DNA from: Nemertoderma westbladi
Lineage: Eukaryota; Animalia; Xenacoelomorpha
Length of the DNA stretch: 64,000 nucleotides
NCBI GenBank assembly: GCA_032718475.1
Contig: JAUCBJ010001693.1
Coordinates: 1-64,000, forward strand
Direction of reading: 5' to 3'
A program made the translations under genes and the position numbers. This document shows positions 22,901 through 37,900 of this stretch, one piece after another. The notes under the pieces are model-generated. The model saw only the letters and a program-made list of their open reading frames with translations, was not told where the DNA came from and did not search any database. The number at the start of each line of letters is the position of its first letter. Position 1 is the first letter of the stretch.

Positions 22901-25900
22901 TGGTAAGATGTGTCTTATTTAATGACGATTCTTAGCGCATAACACGTTACGCAAGGCATAGATTTAGTCTCAAGACACATTAATAAACCGCGACAATGTT
23001 TGGTTACCATTGGTTACCATTATCATTATTATTTATTATTGGTTATCATTATTTTGTTGGTAAAAAGGCATGCTGATTCCTGACAGTGGCCTCCACTTTC
23101 TCGCGAATTTTTTAAGCCTGCCCTGAGGTGATTTTTGGTTCAGAGTAAAACGCGGATCCGGATCAGGATCCGGATTATATCATTTAACATTGTACAAGCA
23201 AAGGCAATGTATACGTTAATGTATAATATGTTGCTTGGCGTGGGTGGCTGAGGCCTTGGCCTTGGTTGGTTAGTTTCCATGGTGATTGTTCTAGAATAAT
23301 AAATTATTTGCCTTGAGAGAACCAAACCAACCCATCAACACAATGTTGAAGCACAGCGTATTGTATCCCAGCCGTCGGGCTGGCGCCTCGTACAACACAA
23401 TGCAAGCAGCTCAATATTGGTTTTAAATTCTCTTGTTAATATTTTCCAACTCAATAAAAAATATTCACTTGAAATGCACTATAGAGGGGTGGGGAGATGT
23501 TGCGGTGCCGCAATAATTAACTTGAATCCACGTTTTACACCCCTTCCCGGATCCAGTAACACTCGGTAATTAACATGAATCCGCGTTTTACACCCCTTCC
23601 CGGATCCAGTAACACTTGGTAATTAACATGAATCCGCGTTTTACACCCCTTCCCGGATCCAGTAACACTTGGTAATTAACATGAATCCGCGTTTTACACC
23701 CCTTCCCGGATCCAGTAACACTTGGTAATTAACATGAATCCGCGTTTTACACCCCTTCCCGGATCCAATAAAACTAAGTAATTAATTTGAATCCGTGTTT
23801 TACACCCCTCCCCGGATCCAGTAACACTTGGTAATTAACATGAATCCGCGTTTTACACCCCTTCCCGGATCCAGTAACACTTGGTAATTAACATGAATCC
23901 GCTTTTTACACCCCTTCCCGGATCCAGTAACACTTGGTACTGTAATTAACATGAATCCGCTTTTTACACCCCTTCCCGGATCCAGTAACACTTGGTAATT
24001 AACATGAATCCGCGTTTTACACCCCTTTCCGGATCCAATAAAACTAAGTAATTAATTTGAATCCGTGTTTTACACCCCTTCCCGGATCCAGTAACAAACT
24101 CTGTATATAATTAACGTAAATTCGGGTTTTACACTCCATTCCGGATTCACAAAATATATGAATCCGCGTTTTACACTTCAATAAGGATTGCGTATTTCAG
24201 AATCCGCATATTACACTCAGTTACGGATTGCATGTAAATCCGGATCCACCTTTTACACTCGCAAATCCGGGTCCTGATCCGTATCCGGATCCTGAATCAA
24301 GATCCTGAATCGGGATCCGCGTTTTACACCTACCCGTGATTTTTGTGCAAAAATATAGCTTTTATTTTTGGATTCGGGAGTATAAGCTATAAGGACATTT
24401 GTGTAAAATCATGTAAAGGAAATTTACTTAAAGAAAAGTTACCAAAGGCAAAAGGGCACTGATGGTGCCACCAACTTTTATCGATCATAATACTATGAGA
24501 TAGAACTGATAAATAGCTCTCACCAGATACCAAATATATTAAACTTTGTCGAACCAATAAAGACTTATAAAGTTTTTAGTTAAGAGTACATAAATTAAAA
24601 CATTAATTTCTCTTTTCATTCCCTCTCTTAGTATACGGCTCATTTACGTCTATCAGATTCCCTCAAAGTATCTGAGAAAGAAGCGATTGTTAACGGTATC
24701 ATCGATAGCTTGGATCTGGGTCTCTGTAGAAACACAAGTAAGTTGTTAACTGTATCATCGATAGCTTGGATCTGGGTCTCTGTAGAAACACAAGTAAGTT
24801 GTTAACTGTATCATCGATAGCTTGGATCTGGATCTCTGTAGAAACACAAGTAAGTTGTTAACTGTATCATCGATAGCTTGGATCTGGGTCTCTGTAGAAA
24901 CACAAGTAAGTTGTTAACTGTATCATCGATAGCTTGGATCTGGGTCTCTGTAGAAACACAAGTAAGTTGTTAACTGTATCATCGATAGCTTGGATCTGGG
25001 TCTCTGTAGAAACACAAGTAAGTTGTTAACTGTATCATCGATAGCTTGGATCTGGATCTCTGTAGAAACACAAGTAAGTTGTTAACTGTATCATCGATAG
25101 CTTGGATCTGGGTCTCTGTAGAAACACAAGTAAGTTGTTAACTGTATCATCGATAGCTTGGATCTGGGCCTCTGTAGAAACACAAGTAAGTTGTTAACGG
25201 TATCATCGATAGCTTGGATCTGGGTCTCTGTAGAAACACAAGTAAGTTGTTAACTGTATCATCGATAGCTTGGATCTGGGTCTCTGTAGAAACACAAGTA
25301 AGTTGTTAACTGTATCATCGATAGCTTGGATCTGGGTCTCTGTAGAAACACAAGTAAGTTGTTAACTGTATCATCGATAGCTTGGATCTGGGTCTCTGTA
25401 GAAACACAAGTAAGTTGTTAACTGTATCATCGATAGCTTGGATCTGGGTCTCTGTAGAAACACAAGTAAGTTGTTAACTGTATCATCGATAGCTTGGATC
25501 TGGGTCTCTGTAGAAACACAAGTAAGTTGTTAACTGTATCATCGATAACTTGGATCTGGGTCTCTGTAGAAACACAAGTAAGTTGTTAACTGTATCATCG
25601 ATAGCTTGGACCTGGGTCTCTGTAGAAACACAAGTAAGTTGTTAACTGTATCATCGATAGCTTGGATCTGGGTCTCTGTAGAAACACAAGTAAGTTGTTA
25701 ACTGTATCATCGATAACTTGGATCTGGGTCTCTGTAGAAACACAAGTAAGTTGTTAACTGTATCATCGATAGCTTGGATCTGGGTCTTTGTAGAAACACA
25801 AGTAAGTTGTTAACTGTATCATCGATAACTTGGATCTGGGTCTCTGTAGAAACACAAGTAAGTTGTTAACGGTATCATCGATAGCTTGGATCTGGGTCTC

Positions 25901-28900
25901 TGTAGAAACAAACAAGTAAGTTGTTAACTGTATTATCGATAGCTTGGATCTGGGTCTCTGTAGAAACACAAGTAAGTTGTTAACTGTATCATTGATAGCT
26001 TGGATCTGGGTCTCTGTAGAAACACAAGTAAGTTGTTAACTGTATCATCGATAACTTGGATCTGGGTCTCTGTAGAAACACAAGTAAGTTGTTAACTGTA
26101 TCATCGATAGCTTGGGTCTGGGTCTCAGTAGAAACACAAGTAAGTTGTTAACTGTACCATCGATAGCTTGGATCTGGGCCTCTGTAGAAACACAAGTAAG
26201 TTGTTAACTGTATCATCGATAGCTTGGATCTGGGTCTCTGTAGAAACACAAGTAAGTTGTTAACTGTATCATCGATAGCTTGGATCAATCTGGGCTTCTA
26301 AAGAAACACAAGTAAGTTGTTAACTGTATTATCGATAGCTTGGATATGGGTCTCTGTAGAAACACAAGTAAGTTGTTAACTGTATCATCGATAGCTTGGA
26401 TCAATCTGGACTTCTAAAGAAACACAAGTAAGTTGTTAACTGTATCATCGATAGCTTGGATCTGGGTCTCTGTAGAAACACAAGTAAGTTGTTAACTGTA
26501 TCATCGATAGCTTGGATCTGGGTCTCTGTAGAAACACAAGTAAGTTGTTAACTGTATCATCGATAGCTTGGATTTGGGTCTCTGTAGAAACAAACAAGTA
26601 AGTTGTTAACTGTATCATCGATAGCTTGGATCTGGGTCTCTATAGAAACACAAGTAAGTTGTTAACTGTATCATCGATAGCTTGGATCTGGGTCTCTGTA
26701 GAAACACAAGTAAGTTGTTAACTGTATCATCGATAGCTTGGATCTGGGTCTCTATAGAAACACAAGTAAGTTGTTAACTGTATCATCGATAGCTTGGATC
26801 TGGGTCTCTATAGAAACACAAGTAAGTTGTTAACTGTATCATCGATAGCTTGGATCTGGGTCTCTATAGAAACACAAGTAAGTTGTTAACTGTATCATCG
26901 ATAGCTTGGATCTGGGTCTCTGTAGAAACACAAGTAAGTTGTTAACTGTATCATCGATAGCTTGGATCTGGGTCTCTATAGAAACACAAGTAAGTTGTTA
27001 ACGGTATCATCGATAGCTTGGATCTGGGTCTCTGTAGAAACACAAGTAAGTTGTTAACTGTATCATCGATAACTTGGATCTGGGTCTCTGTAGAAACACA
27101 AGTAAGTTGTTAACTGTATCATCGATAGCTTGGATCTGGGTCTCTATAGAAACACAAGTAAGTTGTTAACTGTATCATCGATAGCTTGGATCTGGGTCTC
27201 TATAGAAACACAAGTAAGTTGTTAACTGTATCATCGATAGCTTGGATCTGGGTCTCTGTAGAAACACAAGTAAGTTGTTAACTGTATCATCGATAGCTTG
27301 GATCTGGGCCTCTGTAGAAACACAAGTAAGTTGTTAACTGTATCATCGATAGCTTGGATCTGGGTCTCTATAGAAACACAAGTAAGTTGTTAACTGTATC
27401 ATTGATAGCTTGGATCTGGGTCTCTGTAGAAACACAAGTAAGTTGTTAACTGTATCATCGATAGCTTGGATTTGGGTCTCTGTATAAACACAAGTAAGTT
27501 GTTAACGGTATCATCGATAGCTTGGATTTGGGCCTCTGTAGAAACACAAGTAAGTTGTTAACTGTATCATCGATAGCTTGGATCTGGGCCTCTGTAGAAA
27601 CACAAGTAAGTTGTTAACTGTATCATCGATAGCTTGGATCTGGGCCTCTGTAGAAACACAAGTAAGTTGTTAACTGTATCATCGATAGCTTGGATCTGGG
27701 TCTCTATAGAAACACAAGTAAGTTGTTAACTGTATCATCGATAGCTTGGATCTGGGTCTCTGTAGAAACACAAGTAAGTTGTTAACTGTATCATCGATAG
27801 CTTGGATCTGGGTCTCTATAGAAACACAAGTAAGTTGTTAACTGTATCATCGATAGCTTGGGTCTGGGTCTCTATAGAAACACAAGTAAGTTGTTAACTG
27901 TATCATCGATAGCTTGGATCTGGGCCTCTGTAGAAACACAAGTAAGTTGTTAACTGTATCATCGATAGCTTGGATCTGGGTCTCTGTAGAAACACAAGTA
28001 AGTTGTTAACTGTATCATCGATAGCTTGGATCTGGGCCTCTGTAGAAACACAAGTAAGTTGTTAACTGTATCATCGATAGCTTGGATCTGGGTCTCTGTA
28101 GAAACACAAGTAAGTTGTTAACTGTATCATCGATAGCTTGGATCTGGGTCTCTATAGAAACACAAGTAAGTTGTTAACTGTATCATCGATAGCTTGGATC
28201 TGGGTCTCTGTAGAAACACAAGTAAGTTGTTAACTGTATCATCGATAGCTTGGATCTGGGCCTCTGTAGAAACACAAGTAAGTTGTTAACTGTATCATCG
28301 ATAGCTTGGATCTGGGTCTCTGTAGAAACACAAGTAAGTTGTTAACTGTATCATCGATAGCTTGGATCTGGGTCTCTGTAGAAACACAAGTAAGTTGTTA
28401 ACTGTATCATCGATAGCTTGGATCTGGGTCTCTGTAGAAACACAAGTAAGTTGTTAACTGTATCATCGATAGCTTGGATCTGGGTCTCTGTAGAAACACA
28501 AGTAAGTTGTTAACTGTATCATCGATAGCTTGGATCTGGGTCTCTGTAGAAACACAAGTAAGTTGTTAACTGTATCATCGATAGCTTGGATCTGGGCCTC
28601 TGTAGAAACACAAGTAAGTTGTTAACTGTATCATCGATAGCTTGGATCTGGGTCTCTGTAGAAACACAAGTAAGTTGTTAACTGTATCATCGATAGCTTG
28701 GATCTGGGCCTCTGTAGAAACACAAGTAAGTTGTTAACTGTATCATCGATAGCTTGGATCTGGGCCTCTATAGAAACACAAGTAAGTTGTTAACTGTATC
28801 ATCGATAGCTTGGATCTGGGTCTCTGTAGAAACACAAGTAAGTTGTTAACTGTATCATCGATAGCTTGGATCTGGGCCTCTGTAGAAACACAAGTAAGTT

Positions 28901-31900
28901 GTTAACTGTATCATCGATAGCTTGGATCTGGGTCTCTGTAGAAACACAAGTAAGTTGTTAACTGTATCATCGATAGCTTGGATCTGGGCCTCTGTAGAAA
29001 TTCAAGTAAGTTGTTAACTGTATCATCGATAGCTTGGATCTTGGACTCTGTAGAAACACAAGTAAGTTGTTAACTGTATCATCGATAGCTTGGATCTGGG
29101 TCTCTGTAGAAACACATGTAAGTTGTTAACTGTATCATCGATAGCTTGGATCTGGGTCTCTGTAGAAACAAACACAAGTAAGTTGTTAACTGTATCATCG
29201 ATAGCTTGGATTTGGGTCTCTGTAGAAACACAAGTAAGTTGTTAACTGTATCATCAATAGCTTGGATCTGGGTCTCTGTAGAAACACAAGTAAGTTGTTA
29301 ACTGTACCATCGATAGCTTGGATCTGGGACTCTGTAGAAACTCAAATAAGTTGTTAACTGTATCATCGATAGCTTGGATCTGGGTCTCTGTAGAAACACA
29401 AGTAAGTTGTTAACTGTATCATCGATAGCTTGGATCTGGGTCTCTGTAGAAACACAAGTAAGTTGTTAACTGTATCATCGATAGCTTGGATTTGGGTCTC
29501 TGTAGAAACACAAGTAAGTTGTTAACTGTATCATCGATAGCTTGGATCTGGGTCTCTGTAGAAACACAAGTAAGTTGTTAACTGTATCATCGATAGCTTG
29601 GATCTGGGTCTCTGTAGAAACACATGTAAGTTGTTAACTGTATCATCGATAGCTTGGATCTGGGTCTCTGTAGAAACAAACACAAGTAAGTTGTTAACTG
29701 TATCATCGATAGCTTGGATCTGGGTCTCTGTAGAAACACAAGTAAGTTGTTAACTGTATCATCGATAGCTTGGATCTGGGTCTCTGTAGAAACACAAGTA
29801 AGTTGTTAACGGTATCATCGATAGCTTGGATCTGGGTCTCTGTAGAAACACAAGTAAGTTGTTAACTGTATCATCGATAGCTTGGATCTGGGTCTCTGTA
29901 GAAACACAAGTAAGTTGTTAACTGTATCATCGATAGCTTGGATCTGGGTCTCTGTAGAAACACAAGTAAGTTGTTAACTGTATCATCGATAGCTTGGATC
30001 TGGGTCTCTGTAGAAACACAAGTAAGTTGTTAACTGTACCATCGATAACTTGGATCTGGGACTCTGTAGAAACACAAGTAAGTTGTTAACTGTATCATCG
30101 ATAGCTTGGATCTGGGTCTCTGTAGAAACACAAGTAAGTTGTTAACTGTATCATCGATAGCTTGGATCTGGGTCTCTGTAGAAACACAAGTAAGTTGTTA
30201 ACTGTATCATCGATAGCTTGGATCTGGGACTCTGTAGAAACACAAGTAAGTTGTTAACTGTATCATCGATAGCTTGGATCTGGGTCTCTGTAGAAACACA
30301 AGTAAGTTGTTAACTGTATCATCGATAGCTTGGATCTGGGTCTCTGTAGAAACAAACACAAGTAAGTTGTTAACTGTATCATCGATAGCTTGGATTTGGG
30401 TCTCTGTAGAAACACAAGTAAGTTGTTAACTGTATCATCGATAGCTTGGATCTGGGTCTCTGTAGAAACACAAGTAAGTTGTTAACTGTATCATCGATAG
30501 CTTGGATCTGGGTCTCTGTAGAAACACAAGTAAGTTGTTAACTGTATCATCGATAGCTTGGATCTGGGTCTCTGTAGAAACAAACACAAGTAAGTTGTTA
30601 ACTGTATCATCGATAGCTTGGATCTGGGCCTCTGTAGAAACACAAGTAAGTTGTTAACTGTATCATCGATAGCTTGGATCTGGGCCTCTGTAGAAACACA
30701 AGTAAGTTGTTAACTGTATCATCGATAGCTTGGATCTGGGTCTCTATAGAAACACAAGTAAGTTGTTAACTGTATCATCGATAGCTTGGATCTGGGTCTC
30801 TGTAGAAACAAACACAAGTAAGTTGTTAACTGTATCATCGATAGCTTGGATCTGGGCCTCTGTAGAAACACAAGTAAGTTGTTAACTGTATCATCGATAG
30901 CTTGGATCTGGGCCTCTGTAGAAACACAAGTAAGTTGTTAACTGTATCATCGATAGCTTGGATCTGGGTCTCTATAGAAACACAAGTAAGTTGTTAACTG
31001 TATCATCGATAGCTTGGATCTGGGTCTCTGTAGAAACACAAGTAAGTTGTTAACTGTATCATCGATAGCTTGGATCTGGGTCTCTATAGAAACAAACACA
31101 AGTAAGTTGTTAACTGTATCATCGATAGCTTGGATCTGGGTCTCTGTAGAAACACAAGTAAGTTGTTAACTGTATCATCGATAGCTTGGATCTGGGTCTC
31201 TGTAGAAACAAACACAAGTAAGTTGTTAACTGTATCATCGATAGCTTGGATTTGGGTCTCTGTAGAAACACAAGTAAGTTGTTAACTGTATCATCGATAG
31301 CTTGGATCTGGGTCTCTGTAGAAACACAAGTAAGTTGTTAACTGTATCATCGATAGCTTGGATCTGGGTCTCTGTAGAAACACATGTAAGTTGTTAACTG
31401 TATCATCGATAGCTTGGATCTGGGTCTCTGTAGAAACACAAGTAAGTTGTTAACTGTATCATCGATAGCTTGGATCTGGGTCTCTGTAGAAACACAAGTA
31501 AGTTGTTAACTGTATCATTGATAGCTTGGATCTGGGACTCTGTAGAAACACAAGTAAGTTGTTAACTGTATCATCGATAGCTTGGATCTGGGTCTCTGTA
31601 GAAACACAAGTAAGTTGTTAACTGTATCATCGATAGCTTGGACCTGGGTCTCTGTAGAAACACAAGTAAGTTGTTAACTGTATCATCGATAGCTTGGATC
31701 TGGGTCTCTGTAGAAACACAAGTAAGTTGTTAACTGTATCATCGATAGCTTGGATCTGGGTCTCTGTAGAAACACAAGTAAGTTGTTAACTGTATCATCG
31801 ATAGCTTGGATCTGGGTCTCTGTAGAAACACAAGTAAGTTGTTAACTGTATTATCGATAGCTTGGATCTGGGTCTCTGTAGAAACACAAGTAAGTTTTTA

Positions 31901-34900
31901 ACTGTATCATCGATAGCTTGGATCTGGGCCTCTGTAGAAACACAAGTAAGTTGTTAACTGTATCATCGATAGCTTGGATCTGGGTCTCTGTAGAAACACA
32001 AGTAAGTTGTTAACTGTATCATCGATAGCTTGGATCTGGGTCTCTGTAGAAACAAACACAAGTAAGTTGTTAACTGTATCATCGATAGCTTGGATCTGGG
32101 CCTCTGTAGAAACACAAGTAAGTTGTTAACTGTATCATCGATAGCTTGGATCTGGGTCTCTAGAAACACAAGTAAGTTGTTAACTGTATCATCGATAGCT
32201 TGGATCTGGGTCTCTGTAGAAACACAAGTAAGTTGTTAACTGTATCATCGATAGCTTGGATCTGGGCCTCTGTAGAAACACAAGTAAGTTGTTAACTGTA
32301 TCATCGATAACTTGGATCTGGGTCTCTGTAGAAACACAAGTAAGTTGTTAACTGTATCATCGATAGCTTGGATCTGGGTCTCTGTAGAAACACAAGTAAG
32401 TTGTTAACTGTATCATCGATAGCTTGGATCTGGGTCTCTGTAGAAACACAAGTAAGTTGTCAACGGTATCATCGATAGCTTGGATCTGGGTCTCTGTAGA
32501 AACACAAGTAAGTTGTTAACTGTATCATCGATAGCTCGGATCGTGTACTTCTCAAACAGACAGAGGAACAAATATCACCAGCAATGAAATTAACAATGTT
32601 TTTTATTTCAGTTATCGGTAATGTGATGGTTAGGGGACTTTCCGGAGGCGAAAAGAAAAGAGCAAATATAGCCAGCGAGTTGCTAACCAACCCTTCCTTG
32701 CTGCTTCTCGATGTGAGTTGGTTGGACAGTATATATTTATTATTAGAAGAGTATTAATTATTAATTAATACGATTTTTGAATTTCATTACATTTTCGTAT
32801 AATTTCAAAGGTTAATCAGGAAATCAGACCAGTTGAGTACCTCCCTCGACTTTTCCTGCAGTTAGTAGTAGTAGATAATCTCAGACAATTATTTAGTTTA
32901 TATATTAGGACTATTATTCGATAAAAAAAAAGTAAGCGCAAAACACCGATTTTTTCACTCATTTTCAATTTAGCGAAATTCAACTATTCTGTCCGAGTGG
33001 TTGAGTTTTACACGAGTTGGCAGTTTTTTGGAACGAGGAAAGCTAGTGTTAAAATGCCAACGAGTGGAAAACTCAACACACGAGGGCAGAATATCTCAAT
33101 TTTGCTGAAGAAAATGAGTGGAAAATAGTGTTTTCCGTTACATTTTTATATCGAATATATTGTTTTATTTGAAAAAAAGTATCACCAGCGTTATCACTGT
33201 GTCCTTGTCCTTGGATTTCTAAGGCATAAGTTGCCGGTGCTAGGAATTACCACAAAACACCCCAAAAGATACCAAAAGACCCAAAATAGTTCAAAAATAC
33301 TTAAAAAAACAGGTACCTGATCCGTTCCCTTACCAGCTTACAGTTAAGGTATTCCTGAACTGTTAGGTATTTTGCGGGGTAGGTATTTTGGTGTATTCTG
33401 GGGTATTTTAGGTAATTCGTAGGATCAAAATCTTCCGAAAAAAACGTTGCGTCAGCCTTCTCATTAAAATTGTGGATCACCTCCAGATCGTCAAGAAGGA
33501 TGTTATTACTGTATTAGGCCGATGGCCTACCATAGGTCCGGTACTTCTCGCTGCCATTCTGCTGGATGACCCTGGTCTAATTCAAATACCGGTATTATAA
33601 TAGTTGTACAGTAAACACAGTACCGGTACAAATGGTTTATTGACATATATCTAAGTCTGGTAATTCCTTTTTACCTTTTTACACATTGCAGTCTACACCC
33701 TCAGCCTGTCTGTACCTGTCATTATTCCGTACCGGTCCCGGTATAAACAATTTGGTTTCATTTTTTTATGTGTGAGCTGTATGATGAATTACATTTAAAA
33801 TAACTATTGACATACTTGTTGCAATAACTATTGACATACTTGTTGCAATAACTATTGACATACTTGTTGCAATAACTATTGACATACTTGTTGCAATAAC
33901 TATTTACATACTTGTTGCAATAACTATTGACATACTTGTTGCAATAACTATTGACATACTTGTTGCAATAACTATTTACATACTTGTTGCAATAACTATT
34001 TACATACTTGTTGCAATAACTATTTACATACTTGTTGCAATAACTATTTACATACTTGTTGCAATAACTATTTACATACTTGTTGCAATAACTATTTACA
34101 TACTTGTTGCAATAACTGTTGACATACTTGTTGCAATAACTATTTACATACTTGTTGCAATAACTATTTACATACTTGTTGTAATAACTATTTACATACT
34201 TGTTGCAATAACTATTTACATACTTGTTGCAATAACTATTTACATACTTGTTGCAATAACTATTTACATACTTGTTGCAATAACTATTTACATACTTGTT
34301 GCAATAACTATTGACATACTTGTTGCAATAACTATTTACATACTTGTTGCAATAACTATTGACATACTTGTTGCAATAACTATTGACATACTTGTTGCAA
34401 TAACTATTGACATACTTGTTGCAATAACTATTTACATACTTGTTGCAATAACTATTGACATACTTGTTGCAATAACTATTGACATACTTGTTGCAATAAC
34501 TATTTACATACTTGTTGCAATAACTATTTACATACTTGTTGCAATAACTATTTACATACTTGTTGCAATAACTATTTACATACTTGTTGCAATAACTATT
34601 TACATACTTGTTGCAATAACTATTGACATACTTGTTGCAATAACTATTTACATACTTGTTGCAATAACTATTGACATACTTGTTGCAATAACTATTGACA
34701 TACTTGTTGCAATAACTATTGGCATACTTGTTGCAATAACTATTGACATACTTGTTGCAATAACTATTGACATGCTTGTTGCAATAACTATTGACATACT
34801 TGTTGCAATAACTATTTACATACTTGTTGCAATAACTATTGACATACTTGTTGCAATAACTATTGACATACTTGTTGCAATAACTATTTACATACTTGTT

Positions 34901-37900
34901 GCAATAACTATTTACATACTTGTTGCAATAACTATTTACATACTTGTTGCAATAACTATTTACATACTTGTTGCAATAACTATTTACATACTTGTTGCAA
35001 TAACTATTTACATACTTGTTGCAATAACTATTTACATACTTGTTGCAATAACTATTGACATACTTGTTGCAATAACTATTTACATACTTGTTGCAATAAC
35101 TATTGACATACTTGTTGCAATAACTATTGACATACTTGTTGCAATAACTATTGACATACTTGTTACAATAACTATTGACATACTTGTTGCAATAACTATT
35201 GACATACTTGTTGCAATAACTATTGACATACTTGTTGCAATAACTATTTACATACTTGTTGCAATAACTATTGACATACTTGTTGCAATAACTATTGACA
35301 TACTTGTTGCAATAACTATTGACATACTTGTTGCAATAACTATTTACATACTTGTTGCAATAACTATTTACATACTTGTTGCAATAACTATTTACATACT
35401 TGTTGCAATAACTATTTACATACTTGTTGCAATAACTATTTACATACTTGTTGCAATAACTATTGACATACTTGTTGCAATAACTATTGACATACTTGTT
35501 GCAATAACTATTGACATACTTGTTGCAATAACTATTTACATACTTGTTGCAATAACTATTTACATACTTGTTGCAATAACTATTGACATACTTGTTGCAA
35601 TAACTATTTACATACTTGTTGCAATAACTATTTACATACTTGTTGCAATAACTATTTACATACTTGTTGCATTAACTATTTACATACTTGTTGCAATAAC
35701 TATTGACATACTTGTTGCAATAACTATTTACATACTTGTTGCAATAACTATTTACATACTTGTTGCTATAACTATTTACATACTTGTTGCAATAACTATT
35801 GACATACTTGTTGCAATAACTATTTACATACTTGTTGCAATAACTATTGACATACTTGTTGCAATAACTATTGACATACTTGTTGCAATAACTATTGACA
35901 TACTTGTTGCAATAACTATTGACATACTTGTTGCAATAACTATTGACATACTTGTTGCAATAACTATTTACATACTTGTTGCAATAACTATTGACATACT
36001 TGTTGCAATAACTATTGACATACTTGTTGCAATAACTATTTACATACTTGTTGCAATAACTATTTACATACTTGTTGCAATAACTATTGACATACTTGTT
36101 GCAATAACTATTGACATACTTGTTGCAATAACTATTGACATACTTGTTGCAATAACTATTGACATACTTGTTGCAATAACTATTTACATACTTGTTGCAA
36201 TAACTATTTACATACTTGTTGCAATAACTATTGACATACTTGTTGCAATAACTATTTACATACTTGTTGCAATAACTATTTACATACTTGTTGCAATAAC
36301 TATTTACATACTTGTTGCAATAACTATTTACATACTTGTTGCAATAACTATTGACATACTTGTTGCAATAACTATTGACATACTTGTTGCAATAACTATT
36401 GACATACTTGTTGCAATAACTATTTACATACTTGTTGCAATAACTATTTACATACTTGTTGCAATAACTATTGACATACTTGTTGCAATAACTATTTTCA
36501 TACTTGTTGCAATAACTATTTACATACTTGTTGCAATAACTATTTACATACTTGTTGCAATAACTATTTACATACTTGTTGCAATAACTATTTACATACT
36601 TGTTGCAATAACTATTTACATACTTGTTGCAATAACTATTTACATACTTGTTGCAATAACTATTTACATACTTGTTGCAATAACTATTTACAGTACTTGT
36701 TGCATACTTTGACAGCTGTGTTGCATACCTATTGTCATACTTGTTGCACTAACGTACGTTACATGACTTGTGTGCAATAACTATTTAGCCTACTTGTTGC
36801 AATCACTATTTACATACTTGTTGCAATAACTGTTTACATACTTGTGTGTAAAGTAGCACTTTACAGTGTGATGATCCGAGTGGCTTTGTTACACGAACGA
36901 ACGTTAGTGAGTGAGTGAAAATAAAGCCACGAGGATCAGAATACTGTAAAGTACTTTGCAACAAGTATGTATGTAGTTTTATTCCAAAATTGTAACATTA
37001 CGAAATGATTGTGTATATATTATAAGTGATAGAAACTGTACAAATTATATTAGTTGCTGTATAAATAAATGTAAAAATGACATAAATTATGTTATAAATA
37101 AGTTAGCTTATATTTATGGTGGCGTTTGGAGCCATGTTATAATAATATACCTAGGCCCTACCGGTTATTAATAGCTATACCCCGCCTACCGGTAGGTAAT
37201 GTAGTAGACCTATCTGGCTGTCACCCAAATTTCCACTTATTGTCCAATGACAATGAAATGAGTGGTATCCAATGACGGCGTTAAATGTCCCCTTAGTGCA
37301 CATTTACTTAACGTTGTCATGGGTTACCACGTAAACAATAACACGAAATACAATACTAAATGTACAGGCCAATACAATGCTGTAATATCCTCTAAAGTTG
37401 TAAAGTGCTAAATAACAACTCGATGTTAATACTAACGGCGTTGAGTAATGTTACAATTTTGGAATAAAAATATTTTTTAAAAATTTGTTTAAAAATATAT
37501 TTTTTTTTAATTTTCAAAAAATTAGTTAAAAAATTACTTTTTTAAACTAATTTTCCAAAAAATAGTTAAAAAATAGACTTTTTTAAACTAATTTTCGGGA
37601 AATTTGTGAAAAAATTAAGATTTAGAAAGAGCCCTTTTCAAATAAAAAGGCTCTTTTTCTCACTAATAATTTTAAAATTGAGTTAATTTATCTAACTTTT
37701 TTTCACTAATTTCCAGAAAATTAGTTAAAAAAGTCTTTTTTAACTAATTTTAGCTTACTGTACAGCTAGCTCAAAACAATATTCCGTCTGTACAGTAGTA
37801 AAGGTAGTACCGGTACTTGTACACGGTAACACAGTGGGCCTAGTACTGTACAATACTGCAGTACAATTTGAATACTGATATTGGTGATAGTGGATAGACC

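Noticed and set aside
24688-32541. CRISPR-like appearance of this and the other arrays
   Set aside because: Head-to-tail units with no unique spacers, no cas genes, and a eukaryotic intron context.
34772-36712. 646-aa (ILVAITID/Y)n ORF
   Set aside because: A 24-bp unit without a stop in one frame. There is essentially no synonymous variation or unique domain, and the ATG arises from a single variant unit.
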